DNA from: an uncultured bacterium
GTDB lineage: Bacteria; Desulfobacterota_D; UBA1144; Nemesobacterales; UBA2774
Reading direction: 5' to 3'
DNA length: 64,000 nucleotides
NCBI GenBank assembly: GCA_963825135.1
Contig: CAWGRW010000009.1
Coordinates: forward strand, 2,400,001-2,464,000
Shown: positions 54,210 through 64,000 of the stretch, piece after piece
How the letters are laid out: the number at the start of each line of letters is the position of its first letter
Position numbering within the stretch: the stretch's first letter is position 1
Program-made: the position numbers and the translations under genes
The notes under the pieces: model-generated
What the model was told of the DNA's origin: nothing
Seen by the model: the letters and a program-made list of their open reading frames with translations, nothing else
Database searches by the model: none

Positions 54210-55274
54210 ATGAAATCGAGAGAGCTACCCATTCCCCTTCACTTCATCCCCGACAAGACGGGAGAGGTCTTCCGCGTGGAGTATGAGAAGATATCACGCT
54301 CGGCTTCGGAGTGGGCCGGAAAGCACGGCATCGGACCATCTTCGAAAGACGAATTCAGGGTATCGCTCATCATCGTCGACGCGCAGAACACGTTCTGCAT
54401 ACCGGGGTTCGAGCTCTTCGTCGGCGGGCGCACGGGCAGAGGTGCGGTCGACGATAATCTGAGGCTCTGCCGGTTCATATACAGGAACCTCGGCCTTATT
54501 ACCGAGATCGCCCCTACTATGGACACGCACCAGGCGATGCAGATATTCCACGGGATCTTCTTTGTGAACGACAGGGGAGAGCACCCGGCGCCATACACCC
54601 TCATCTCCGTCGAGGATATCGAGAACGGCAGGTGGAAGTTTAATAAGGAGATAAGCCGCGGCATCATGTACGGCGAAGAGTATGTCGAGCGTCACCTCCT
54701 TCATTACACTAGGGAGCTCAGAAAGTCGGGGAAGTACGAGCTTACGATATGGCCTTACCACGCGATGCTGGGCGGCATAGGGCACGCGCTCGTGTCTTCC
54801 GTCGAAGAAGCTGTCTTCTTTCATTCTATGGCCCGGTACAGTCGGCCGGACATTCACGTGAAGGGCGACCACCCCCTGACCGAGCATTACTCCGTCCTCG
54901 GTCCCGAGGTATCGACCGGGCCCGACGGGAAGCCGCTCACTCTCAGGACGGAATCCCTGTTCCGGAAGCCCGCCGCGTCGGAATCGATATACGGCAAGCT
55001 CGGCGAGTTCGACGCGGTAGTTATAGCGGGTCAGGCAAAGAGCCACTGCGTCGCGTGGACGATAGCAGATCTATTGAAGAAAATCATAGCGGGGGACAAA
55101 TCTCACGTGGAGAAGATTTATCTGCTGGAAGACTGCACGTCGCCCGTCGTCGTTCCGGGCGCGGTAGATTACACGGACGACGCGGATAAGGCCTTCGCCG
55201 AGTTCTCGGATGCGGGCATGCACGTCGTCCGCTCGACCGACCCGATCGAGACCTGGCCGGGTATAAAACTCTGA
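54210..55274 (+). CDS. Isochorismatase/nicotinamidase-like cysteine hydrolase (long form)
   Basis: IVDAQN.FC, DTH, WPYH, VKG..PLTEHYS and GQAKSHCV provide a D-K-C triad. Confidence 0.8.
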   Translation: MKSRELPIPLHFIPDKTGEVFRVEYEKISRSASEWAGKHGIGPSSKDEFRVSLIIVDAQNTFCIPGFELFVGGRTGRGAVDDNLRLCRFIYRNLGLITEIAPTMDTHQAMQIFHGIFFVNDRGEHPAPYTLISVEDIENGRWKFNKEISRGIMYGEEYVERHLLHYTRELRKSGKYELTIWPYHAMLGGIGHALVSSVEEAVFFHSMARYSRPDIHVKGDHPLTEHYSVLGPEVSTGPDGKPLTLRTESLFRKPAASESIYGKLGEFDAVVIAGQAKSHCVAWTIADLLKKIIAGDKSHVEKIYLLEDCTSPVVVPGAVDYTDDADKAFAEFSDAGMHVVRSTDPIETWPGIKL

Positions 55275-55351
55275 TTGAGTGAAGTTGTGCGTGTGTTATA
55301 TTCGTTTCGGGTAATCGGATTCGCTTTACATTAACGAAAAGGGAGACGGTT

Positions 55352-55693
55352 ATGAGTTCCATATTCACTAAGATTATCAATAGAGAAATACCGGCGGCTA
55401 TCGTCTACGAAGACGACGAGTGTTTAGCTTTCAGGGATATAGACCCGAAGGCCCCCGTCCATATACTCCTCGTTCCCAAAAAAGAAATACCGTCGCTCGC
55501 CGAAGTTACTGCTGAAGACAAAGCGCTCCTCGGACATCTGCTCCTTAAGGCTTCAGAGATTGCGAAGACAGAGGGTATTTCCGAATCCGGTTATCGCGTC
55601 GTCATCAATACGAACGAGGAAGGCGGCCAGGAGGTCCCTCACATCCACATGCACGTCCTCGGCGGCAGGCAGATGACCTGGCCCCCGGGATAG
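55352..55693 (+). CDS. Histidine triad nucleotide-binding protein (HinT-like)
   Basis: IFTKII..EIP, AF.DI.P.AP.H and HIHMHVLGGR..WPPG motifs. Confidence 0.93.
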   Translation: MSSIFTKIINREIPAAIVYEDDECLAFRDIDPKAPVHILLVPKKEIPSLAEVTAEDKALLGHLLLKASEIAKTEGISESGYRVVINTNEEGGQEVPHIHMHVLGGRQMTWPPG

Positions 55694-55720
55694 TGTTTGA
55701 TTCTAAACTCAGTCATGTTT

Positions 55721-56142
55721 GTAGGAGCGGCTTCCAGCCGCGATTCATTAAAATCTGTCATTGCGAGCAACGGTTTCGACCAAGGGAGAAACCGGTCGCC
55801 CTCGGCTGATTGCAAATAAGTATCTTCCTCATCGTACCTAAATCACAAAAAACAAATTAGGAACGCAGCGCGGCAATCTCGTTTTTTCTTTTCCCCGACA
55901 TTACAGAATTTGCGTTAAGAAAATCGATTGTACGAGCGTTAAAAATCTTCCACGGGATGGGGTTGAATTGGAAGATTTAGCGAGTACATGAGATTTTTAG
56001 CAAATTATGTAGTCGGATGATTTTTGCTTCTTTTCATCAAGGAAAAGAAGAACACAAATATTTGCCTTTTCGATCCTCCCCAATCTTCTCCGCTCAAACC
56101 GGTATCGAAACCAACCTGTTCGTCCTGAGCTTGTCGAAGGAC
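55721..56142. repeat. Cluster of REP-like short palindromic elements
   Basis: GTAGGAGCGGCTTCCAGCCGCGAT (55721); TGTCATTGCGAGC...GCAGCGCGGCAATCTC (55756/55865); CGGTTTC..GAAACCG (55771); CTTCTTTTC..GAAAAGAAG (56027); GTTCGTCCTGAGCTTGTCGAAGGAC (56118). Confidence 0.65.
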
Positions 56143-56186
56143 AGATTGTTTTACCCTCGACATTCACGGAATCGGCGGAGATGAGT

Positions 56187-59033
56187 CTACCCAATCCCCA
56201 GCGCCTCAGCGTCCCTGTCCGAAAGAAACCCGCCGTCAGAGCGCTCCCTCACCGTGCCGTCCCTCTTCCATGAACGCTCGCACCTGGGCTCGTTCTTCAA
56301 GTCGATGATAGCGATCATGAAATCCTCGCCCTCTTTAACCGAGAACCTGCTCACCCCGCAAAGGTCCGACAGCTCGGGCTCGAACGGTTTAAGCTTGGCG
56401 TAGTTGTCGGGCTCGACGGTAACATTGACCCCCGTGTCGAGCGGATTGGATACCCCTTGCGATTCCTTCGCGTCTTCGAGCGCTTTTAACACCTTCCCTC
56501 TCAGCTCCATCACCATGTCCCAGTTCGGGTCCGTATCGATTTCTATCTCCTCGGGCATCCCCTGCAGATGCACGCTGTCGGTCGAGTCCGTTTTCAAGCC
56601 CCTGAGATGGAGGTACGCCTCGTCGGCCGTATGCGCGAGTATCGGCGCGAGCAGCCCGATGAGCGCATCCGCAATGTGATACATGGCGGTCTGGCTCCTC
56701 CTCCTCTTCCTGCTCCCTGCGCTCTCGCAGTAGAGCCTGTCTTTCGTAGCGGCCAGATAAACGGCGCTTAAGGTATCGTAGCAGAAATCGTATATCAGCT
56801 CGCTCGCCCTCTTGTACTGAAACCCCTCGTACGCCTCCCTGGTCTCGCGGACGAAATTTCGAAGCTCCCCCATAACCCAGCCGTCGATCGAATACCCGTC
56901 CTCGTCCGAGAACGTAACGCTGTCGGCCGCCGGGTCGAAGTCGTATATATTCCCGAGCAGGAACCGTATCGTGTTTCTTACTTTTCTATACTCCTCCCCC
57001 GCCGACTTAAAGAACTCCCAGTCGACCTTTATGTCGTTCGTATATTTGAGCGAGCTCACCCACCACCTGCAGATATCGGCCCCGTGCTGCTTCAGGAGCT
57101 CGTCAACCTCGAGCGCGTTCCCTCCGGACTTGCTCATCTTCCTGCCCTGGGCGTCCACCATGAAACCGTGCGTGAGGAGTGCTTTGAATGGCGGCCTTCC
57201 CGTCACTCCGAGGGCCGGCAGCAGCGACAGCTGAAACCAGCCCCTGTGCTGGTCCGAGCCCTCGAGGTAAAGGTCAGCGGGGTATCCTATACCCCTCGCC
57301 TCCAGCACCGAGTGCCAGGACGAGCCCGATTCGAACCACACGTCGAATATGTCCATCCCCTTTTTAATCCCCTTCCGCGCGCCCTTCCGCTTTACCCAGT
57401 CGGGCGCGTTTATGTCCTGCTCCGGGTCGTAGCCCTCGAGTATTTCCTCTTCGCTTGCCTGAAACCAGTAATTGGCTCCCTTTTGTCTTATCTTTTCTAT
57501 TACGGCGTTAACCGAGCCGGGGGTCAGCAGCACCTCCCCCTTCCCGTTCATGAACGCGGGTATCGGAAGCCCCCAGGCCCTCTGCCGGCTTATACACCAG
57601 TCGGGCCTCGCCTCCAGCATACCCCTGAGCCTGTTCCTCCCCCACTCGGGATAGAACTCTATCCCGCTCCGCGAGTATTCGAGCGCGAGCTCCCTGAGCG
57701 TCCCGCCGAATTCCTCTATCCGCTTATCGACGCCGATGAACCACTGCTCCGTGGCCCTGAATATAGTGGGCGACTTGCTCCTCCAGTCGTGGGGGTAGCT
57801 GTGGAGGTACTCTTCGTCGTGGAACAGATTGCCGGATTCTCTCAGGTGTTCCGTAATAATCCCGTTCGCCTTCCATACGTCCTGCCCGCGTATCCATTCG
57901 GGCACAGTGTCGTCGAACGTGCCGTCCTCGAGCACCGGGCAGTAGATATCGAGCCCTTCCCTGAGCCCCGTCTGGTAGTCCTCGATCCCGTGACCCGGGG
58001 CGGTGTGTACGAGCCCCGTGCCTTCGTCGAACGTTACGTACTCGGCGAGGACCACCCTCCCCTTCCGTCCCGCGAACGGGTGTTTGTACGTTACGGACCT
58101 ATCGTGGAGCTCCCGACCCGTGCACGTACCCAGTTTTTCGTATTCCTCCGTGCCCGATTTTTTAAACACGCTCCCGGCTAAGCTATCGACCAGCATCGTA
58201 TGGAGTTCTTTCCCGTCTTTCACGACGCGGTAGAGGCCGTAGCTCCCGTCTCCTGAAGCGGCGACCGCGAGGTTCGCGGGCAGCGTCCAGGGTGTGGTCG
58301 TCCATATCATCAGCGACGGGGACGCTCCCTTCGGGAGATTCAAGCCAGAGGGAAGCGCTTCAGGGTTTTCTATTCCGAACAGGACGTAAACGCTCCTGTC
58401 TTTGCGGTCGTAATATTCGAGCTCGGCGTCGGCGAGCGCGGTGCGGTTCTCTATGGACCAGTGCACCGGCTTCAGGTCCCTGTAAACGAGCCCCCTTTCC
58501 AGGAGCTTCGAGAAAACCTCGAGCACCCCGGCTTCATAGTCCGGCGTCATCGTGAGATACGGGTGCTCGTAATCGCCTATGGTGCCCAGGCTCTGCATCT
58601 GGCCCGACTGGAGCTTCACGTACTTTTCGGCGTAGGACTGGCACTTGTATCTGATCTTGATTTTGGAGAGGTCTTCCGCCTCCTCTCCCAGTTCCTTCAT
58701 AACCTTGTGTTCGATAGGCAGGCCGTGGCAGTCCCAGCCGGGGACGAAATCGACGTCGTATCCGAGCATCGTTTTCGACCTGACCACCATGTCCTTGAGA
58801 ACCTTGTTGAGCAGGTGGCCAAGGTGTATCGGGCCGTTCGCGTAAGGGGGACCGTCGTGGAATACGAATTTTTCCCGCCCCTTGGACTTCTCCCTCATCC
58901 TCTCGAAGAGCTTTATCTTCTTCCACCTCTTCTGGTACTCGGGCTCTTTCTGGTTGAGGTTGGCCTTCATCGGAAAATCGGTCTTCGGAAGGTTGAGCGT
59001 GTCTTTGTAGTTTATTTTCTTCGCCTCCGGCAT
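56187..59033 (-). CDS. ileS: Isoleucine-tRNA ligase (bacterial type 1)
   Basis: YKDTLNLPKT.FPM, DGPPYANG..HLGH, WTTTPWT, GTGLVHTAPGHG, EGSDQHRGWF and KMSKS motifs. Confidence 0.97.
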   Translation of the reverse strand: MPEAKKINYKDTLNLPKTDFPMKANLNQKEPEYQKRWKKIKLFERMREKSKGREKFVFHDGPPYANGPIHLGHLLNKVLKDMVVRSKTMLGYDVDFVPGWDCHGLPIEHKVMKELGEEAEDLSKIKIRYKCQSYAEKYVKLQSGQMQSLGTIGDYEHPYLTMTPDYEAGVLEVFSKLLERGLVYRDLKPVHWSIENRTALADAELEYYDRKDRSVYVLFGIENPEALPSGLNLPKGASPSLMIWTTTPWTLPANLAVAASGDGSYGLYRVVKDGKELHTMLVDSLAGSVFKKSGTEEYEKLGTCTGRELHDRSVTYKHPFAGRKGRVVLAEYVTFDEGTGLVHTAPGHGIEDYQTGLREGLDIYCPVLEDGTFDDTVPEWIRGQDVWKANGIITEHLRESGNLFHDEEYLHSYPHDWRSKSPTIFRATEQWFIGVDKRIEEFGGTLRELALEYSRSGIEFYPEWGRNRLRGMLEARPDWCISRQRAWGLPIPAFMNGKGEVLLTPGSVNAVIEKIRQKGANYWFQASEEEILEGYDPEQDINAPDWVKRKGARKGIKKGMDIFDVWFESGSSWHSVLEARGIGYPADLYLEGSDQHRGWFQLSLLPALGVTGRPPFKALLTHGFMVDAQGRKMSKSGGNALEVDELLKQHGADICRWWVSSLKYTNDIKVDWEFFKSAGEEYRKVRNTIRFLLGNIYDFDPAADSVTFSDEDGYSIDGWVMGELRNFVRETREAYEGFQYKRASELIYDFCYDTLSAVYLAATKDRLYCESAGSRKRRRSQTAMYHIADALIGLLAPILAHTADEAYLHLRGLKTDSTDSVHLQGMPEEIEIDTDPNWDMVMELRGKVLKALEDAKESQGVSNPLDTGVNVTVEPDNYAKLKPFEPELSDLCGVSRFSVKEGEDFMIAIIDLKNEPRCERSWKRDGTVRERSDGGFLSDRDAEALGIG

Positions 59034-59233
59034 CGGATGCTTTCTCCTTAAGGGGTAAAAGATATACTATCCGGGATAATATTCAATCGATAAAGACGGA
59101 TAGAAACGATTTTGAGCAAGCGAAGAATCGGACGCCATTGAAAGCATGCTGGACATTATGTGTGTTGGACAGCAACTTTGAAAAATAAGAGAATTTTTAA
59201 CTTTGACTTGAAGAAAAACATAAGCCCGGAGCC

Positions 59234-59572
59234 TTACTGATCGAGTATCTCCTCTAGATCCCTGAGCAAGCGACGCGCAAATATTACCCATTCCCCCCAG
59301 GCCTCCATGTACTCCTTATCCTCTTCGACCCTTTTCAGGAGCTTGAACCCGATCTGGGTGTCTTCTATGTAAAACTCTTCATCGCCGGCGAGCTTATGTC
59401 TGAGAATATCTACGTATTGTTTGAGGACCTTTATTTTCTCGTCGCTCCCTTCCCTGAATTCGGCTATGAAATAGCCCCGGGACTGCGCGGTGGGCATTTG
59501 CATAATGTTGCTCTCCTGGAAATAAATGCCCTTGTTTATAGTCTCCGCCTTCATTGAAATGAATAACTCCAT
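59234..59572 (-). CDS. Hypothetical protein
   Basis: Fills the gap upstream of ileS with protein-like composition. No motif recognised; the start may be 59554. Confidence 0.55.
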   Translation of the reverse strand: MELFISMKAETINKGIYFQESNIMQMPTAQSRGYFIAEFREGSDEKIKVLKQYVDILRHKLAGDEEFYIEDTQIGFKLLKRVEEDKEYMEAWGEWVIFARRLLRDLEEILDQ

Positions 59573-59709
59573 ATCTCTCTCGCGCGCGGGGGGGATGCAG
59601 CTCTATTTTATTTACAGTCGGAGCGGTATGTCAAGACCGCCATATAAGCATATATTGATTTGGCCCCCTTGTGGACGGATAATTATCGGCATAGAAACGG
59701 GGTGCGCGT

Positions 59710-60423
59710 ATGAAAAGACTCAACGATAAGGTCGCTATCATAACCGGAGGAACCGGAGGTCTAGGAAAGGCAGTGATGACCGTGTTTCTCGCGGAGGGGG
59801 CGCGGGTTTTGAGCACATATAGGAAGGAAGAGGAATTGGAGGAGTGCCGGGCTCTCAGGGAAGAGTATAAGACGAGGGTCGCTTTCGGCAAGGCGGACGT
59901 CACGAAGGCATCTCACGTCTCGAACCTGGTATCAAAAACTCTCGAAAAGTTCTCACGCATAGACGCTCTCGTTAACATAGTGGGCGGCTTCGCACAGTCC
60001 CCGGTCCAGGACACGGACGAAGAGACCTGGGACAGGATGATGAGCATGAACCTGAAATCGGTGTTCCTCTGCTCAAGGGGAGTCATCCCCCATATGGTCG
60101 AGCAGGGCCGGGGCAGCATCGTAAATATAGCTTCCCGTCCCGCGCTCAGGGGTGCGCCAGGCCTCTCGGCATACGGCGCGTCCAAGGCGGGGGTGCTAAA
60201 CCTCACGCAATCGATGGCCGAGGAGTTGAAGGACTTTAACATAAACGTAAACGCGGTTATCCCCGGCACTATACATACCCCTGCCAATAGAAAGAGCATG
60301 CCCGGCGCGGATTTCACAAAGTGGGTGGTTCCCGAGGACATCGCTAAGGTCATCGCGTTCCTCTGCTCGGACGACGCCCGCGCCGTGAGCGGCGCTGCGA
60401 TACCGGTGTACGGGAAGTCATAG
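59710..60423 (+). CDS. SDR family oxidoreductase
   Basis: TGGTGGLG, AYGASK, PG.I.TP.NR..MP.ADF..WV and SGA.IPVYG motifs. Confidence 0.9.
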   Translation: MKRLNDKVAIITGGTGGLGKAVMTVFLAEGARVLSTYRKEEELEECRALREEYKTRVAFGKADVTKASHVSNLVSKTLEKFSRIDALVNIVGGFAQSPVQDTDEETWDRMMSMNLKSVFLCSRGVIPHMVEQGRGSIVNIASRPALRGAPGLSAYGASKAGVLNLTQSMAEELKDFNINVNAVIPGTIHTPANRKSMPGADFTKWVVPEDIAKVIAFLCSDDARAVSGAAIPVYGKS

Positions 60424-60455
60424 GGATGGGTGCCTGATTTATCGGACGGTAACGG

Positions 60456-61959
60456 TTAGCCCGCAGCTTCCGACATATCCGCCAGGATAGTATCGAGGAG
60501 CTTCTCTCCGAACACGGATGCGGTCTTTATGTCGTCCCTCGATATCTCGACGTTGTTCAGGTACTGGAGCCTGAGTATATCGCCGTCCCCATACTCCGGG
60601 ATCATGCATCCGAAGAAGAAGCCGAGCCTGCGCACGGCGGAGGCGACGCTGCCCGCACCCCTCTGTTTAATTGGCAGATCGACGTAGATGCAGTCGAATC
60701 TTTCGAGCGTCAGGTGCTTCAGCTGGAACTGTATTTCCTTGAGGGTCATCCTGCCGACCCTGTCTACCTGTATGAGCGCCTGGTTGTGGTCGTGTCTGAT
60801 GGATACGGTCGTGCGGCCGTTCTGCCTGCCCTTAATCCCCGCACCCTCGTCTTCGACGGACAATTCCCTTTCGAACCCTATCCTCTCGTATATGCCGCTG
60901 ATGAGTTCCCTGTAGACGCCCGGGACGTATACCGTTTCGCGCCCACTGTTTGAGACGGGCGTGAACATCATGGCGACCGACTGGCGTCTCGGCCTTTCGG
61001 TCTCGGAAATATTATGGAACGAGACCGAGCCAGGGCTGTAGCCGAGTAAGAACCCGGTCTCCCTGCCCCCGAGCTCTATACTCCCCTTCTGGCTGTACGG
61101 GTGAACCGTAACGGCTTCCCCGTATATGCCGGCCACATTCATCGGGGCGACGCGGTCCATCAAATAATTCTTCATCGTCTGGAATATCCCCCTCCCTCTG
61201 TAGCGGGGGTCGACGACCGCCTCGCCCGACTCCGCCACCCTCGCCCCGGGCCTGCTGAATATAAAGCCCACGTGTCCGATGATCTCCTTCCTGCTGTTGT
61301 ATGCGGCGGCAGAGAGCATTACTCCGGACCTGAGACGCGCCTCTATCTGCTCCGGGTAATACATGAATTCGTTCGCGTACGTATAGCCGTAGCACTTGTA
61401 AACGAGTCTTACGAGTTGGTGAATATCGCCTGGGTCGAGCATCCCGACAGCGATTTTGTCATCTGCCGGGGCCTCCTTCGCATTCACGTGTTCGTGGTGC
61501 TCGGATATGTCCATAATGCTGCCTGATATCAGTCGCCGGGAGGTTCTTCACGATCTCCGTCCTGTTCCCCCCCGCGCCGAGGGTCGCGAAATGCACCTCG
61601 TCCGCGTAGTGCCTCGACAGGTACGAGCCGAACCTCTTCTCCTCCCCGCGCTCGAGCTTCTCGTAGTCAAAGGGCAGCCCCTTGTCCTCAACAGCCACGA
61701 CGAGGGCGTGGAGACGCCTCGATATTATGACTTCTATCGGCTTATTCCTGCTGCCTTCGAACCCGAACTTCACGATGTTGTCCATTATATCGACGAGCAC
61801 CCTGTCGAGGTTGTCCGATTCTTTCCTGCCGATGCCGCACGACTCCGCGATGTCCGTAACCATGTCAACGAGCGCTTTTATTACGGCCTTTTCAGGCAGT
61901 ATCGTAATGCGCGCGAGCTCGGCCTCGATGTTTTGTTGTTCAGGCGGTGTCTGGTTCAT
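60456..61959 (-). CDS. RsbW-like HATPase + GNAT fusion protein, split by a frameshift near 61516
   Basis: ORF 61459-61959 has anti-sigma kinase-like motifs (..DNIVK..F, VEDKGLPFD, ADEV, GN). ORF 60456-61514 has the GNAT motif VVDPRYRGRG. A single extra base separates them. Confidence 0.7.
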
Positions 61960-61982
61960 TTCGTATCGGTTCCGGAAGGCGG

Positions 61983-63404
61983 TTATTTTTTCCCCGGTCT
62001 GTATAAGTGCGTGCTCCCCCCGTGAAAGGCCTCGGCTGCTTCCATCAGGGTCTCGGAGAGCGTAGGGTGCGGATGTATGCTGAGGGCGATGTCCGAGACG
62101 AGCGCCGCCATCTCTATTGCCAGCACCCCTTCCGCTATCAGTTCCCCCGCGCCCTGTCCCGCTATACCCATGCCGAGCACACGCCCCGTTTCCGGGTCAG
62201 CTACGATTTTCGTAACCCCGTCTTGCCTCCCGAGCGTAGCGGCCCTTCCCGAAGCCCCCCACGGGAACCTCGCGACGGAGACGGATATCTTTTTTTCCCC
62301 GGCTTCGGTTTCCGTGAGTCCGCACCATGCGATCTCGGGGTCGGTAAATACAACGGCCGGTATCGCGTTTGGCATAAAGGCCGACTTCCTCCCGGCGAGG
62401 ATTTCGGATACTACCCTTCCCTCGTGGGTCGCCTTGTGAGCGAGCATCGGCTCCCCGGCGACGTCGCCTATCGCGAATATATTGGGTTCGGACGTTCTCC
62501 TCTCCTCGTTCACCCGTATGAACCCCTTTGAATCCGTTTCCACTTTAGTGTTCTCGAGTCCCAGTCCCTCGCTGTTCGGGTTTCTGCCGACGCAAATGAG
62601 CACCCTGTCGAAGGCCAACTCCTGTTTTTCCTTCCCTGCCTTTTCGAGTTCGACCAGAATCCCGTTCCCGATTTCCTTCACCCCGGTCAATCTCGTATCG
62701 AGCATGATGTCCTTATATATTGCCTCCGACCGCTTTTGAAGCACCCTCACGAGATCCCTATCCACCCCCGGCATCAGCCCCGAGGTCATCTCGACCACCG
62801 ATACCTCGGTTCCGAGCGCGGAATAAACCGTACCCAGCTCGAGCCCTATATACCCCCCTCCGACAATGAGCATCGTTTTAGGTATGGAGGGGAGATCGAG
62901 CGCCGACGTGGAGTCCAGAATGTTTTGAGATGTGTTCAGTCCCGGGATTACCGCCGGGCGCGAGCCTGTCGCTATTACGGCGTTCTCGAACCTGAGCGAC
63001 TCGGTTGCGCCTTCGTTCGTCTTGATTTCGAGCGTGTGCCCGTCGAGGAATTTGGCCCGTCCCTGAATGTGCCTGACCTTCCTCTGCTTCGCGAGCTGTC
63101 CCAACCCGCCGACGAGCTTTTCTACTACACCGTTTTTCCAATCCCTGAGTTTGTCGATGTCGATTGCGGGCTTCCCGAACCCGATTCCCCACTGTGACGC
63201 CTGCTCCGCCTCGGTTATGACCTGCGCCGCGTGCAGGAGCGCCTTCGAAGGGATGCAGCCCCTGTACAGGCACACGCCCCCCGGATTCTTTTCCGGGTCT
63301 ATGATCGTGACCTCGAGTCCGAGATCGGCCGCGAGGAACGCCGCCGGATACCCTCCCGGCCCGGCCCCGATTATCGCTACCTGTGTTTTCTTTTCTTCTG
63401 ACAT
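61983..63404 (-). CDS. lpdA: Dihydrolipoyl dehydrogenase (E3)
   Basis: GAGPGGY, GGVCLYRGCIPSK, GGGYIGLE and HPHPTLSE motifs. Start at MSEEKK (63404). Confidence 0.95.
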   Translation of the reverse strand: MSEEKKTQVAIIGAGPGGYPAAFLAADLGLEVTIIDPEKNPGGVCLYRGCIPSKALLHAAQVITEAEQASQWGIGFGKPAIDIDKLRDWKNGVVEKLVGGLGQLAKQRKVRHIQGRAKFLDGHTLEIKTNEGATESLRFENAVIATGSRPAVIPGLNTSQNILDSTSALDLPSIPKTMLIVGGGYIGLELGTVYSALGTEVSVVEMTSGLMPGVDRDLVRVLQKRSEAIYKDIMLDTRLTGVKEIGNGILVELEKAGKEKQELAFDRVLICVGRNPNSEGLGLENTKVETDSKGFIRVNEERRTSEPNIFAIGDVAGEPMLAHKATHEGRVVSEILAGRKSAFMPNAIPAVVFTDPEIAWCGLTETEAGEKKISVSVARFPWGASGRAATLGRQDGVTKIVADPETGRVLGMGIAGQGAGELIAEGVLAIEMAALVSDIALSIHPHPTLSETLMEAAEAFHGGSTHLYRPGKK

Positions 63405-63460
63405 TGCCGGCCTGTTTAAACTGTTCGTATGACTGATCCTAGCGGGGCACTTTGTGCCCC

Positions 63461-64000
63461 TCAGCCTTCGAGAGAGAGCTTGAACGGCTCTTCGAGCGCC
63501 TCCACTATCCATCTCAGGAACCTCACCGCGTCCGCTCCGTCTATGAGACGGTGGTCGTAGGAGAGCGAGAGCGGGAGCATGAGCCTCGGCTGGAGCTGTC
63601 CGTCTATGTATACGGGCTCGAGCGCCGCGCGCGATACGCCGAGTATCGCGACCTCGGGCGAATTGATGACCGGCGTGAAATAAGTCCCTCCCAGACCTCC
63701 GAGGTTGGTTATCGTGAAAGTCCCTCCCTGAAGCTCCCCGGCCGTTATCTTCTTCGTCCTGGCTCTCTCCGAGAGCGCTCTGAGATCGACCGAGAGCTCC
63801 TCTATATTCTTCTTATCCGCGTCCCTTATCACCGGGACGAGGAGCCCCCTGTCCGTATCGACCGCTACGCCGATGTTGTAGTATTTCTTGTATACGATCT
63901 CTTCTTTCTCCATATCGATACTGGCGTTGAACTGCGGGTGGAGCTTGAGCGCGGATGCGACCGCTTTCAGCAGTATCGACGTCATCGTCAGCTTGCCGCC
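63461..64000 (-). CDS. 2-oxoacid dehydrogenase E2 acyltransferase (AceF-like), C-terminal part, 5'-truncated by the window edge
   Basis: [37 protein letters not shown] and [10 protein letters not shown] motifs. Confidence 0.92.
   Translation of the reverse strand, partial: GGKLTMTSILLKAVASALKLHPQFNASIDMEKEEIVYKKYYNIGVAVDTDRGLLVPVIRDADKKNIEELSVDLRALSERARTKKITAGELQGGTFTITNLGGLGGTYFTPVINSPEVAILGVSRAALEPVYIDGQLQPRLMLPLSLSYDHRLIDGADAVRFLRWIVEALEEPFKLSLEG

Noticed and set aside
57084..58181. Long antisense ORFs (here 365 aa; also 40689-41687, 29272-30135 and 54294-55046)
   Set aside because: These are shadow frames opposite well-supported genes in GC-rich DNA, with no recognisable motifs.

Overview
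Bacterial chromosomal window, mostly moderately GC-rich and gene-dense. It is dominated by housekeeping genes: pepA-sppA, ilvE, der, metK-ahcY-xerD-S2P-scpA-scpB, rpe, folC, fur, ftsH-folP-cdaA-cdaR-glmM-pdxJ, cysK, PBP1A, lutABC, ileS, and PDH E2/E3. The gene order resembles deltaproteobacteria-like (Desulfobacterota-related) genomes; this is inference only. Non-ORF signals read directly from the sequence are: (1) a well-formed 28-bp XerCD dif site at 48794-48821, next to a ~630-bp atypical segment holding a broken Cys-rich ORF; (2) a perfect sigma-54 promoter with an upstream enhancer-like palindrome, linking a GAF-PAS bEBP to a small secreted protein plus a methyltransferase; (3) a Fur box upstream of fur; (4) a cluster of several REP-like hairpins at 55.7-56.15 kb. 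An AT-rich accessory block at 6.5-10.8 kb has two ArsR paralogues bracketing DoxX and a type III PKS + ICMT-type methyltransferase pair. Also notable are a DnaD-like/DnaC(DnaI)-like gene pair, an IleRS whose C-terminal Zn finger has lost 3 of 4 Cys, and at least five genes split by single-base frameshifts (probably sequencing indels). I saw no rRNA, tRNA, CRISPR array or intact transposase. I cannot claim a demonstrably new system. The best candidates are the sigma-54 secreted-protein/methyltransferase module, the ArsR-bracketed PKS island and the dif-adjacent relic.
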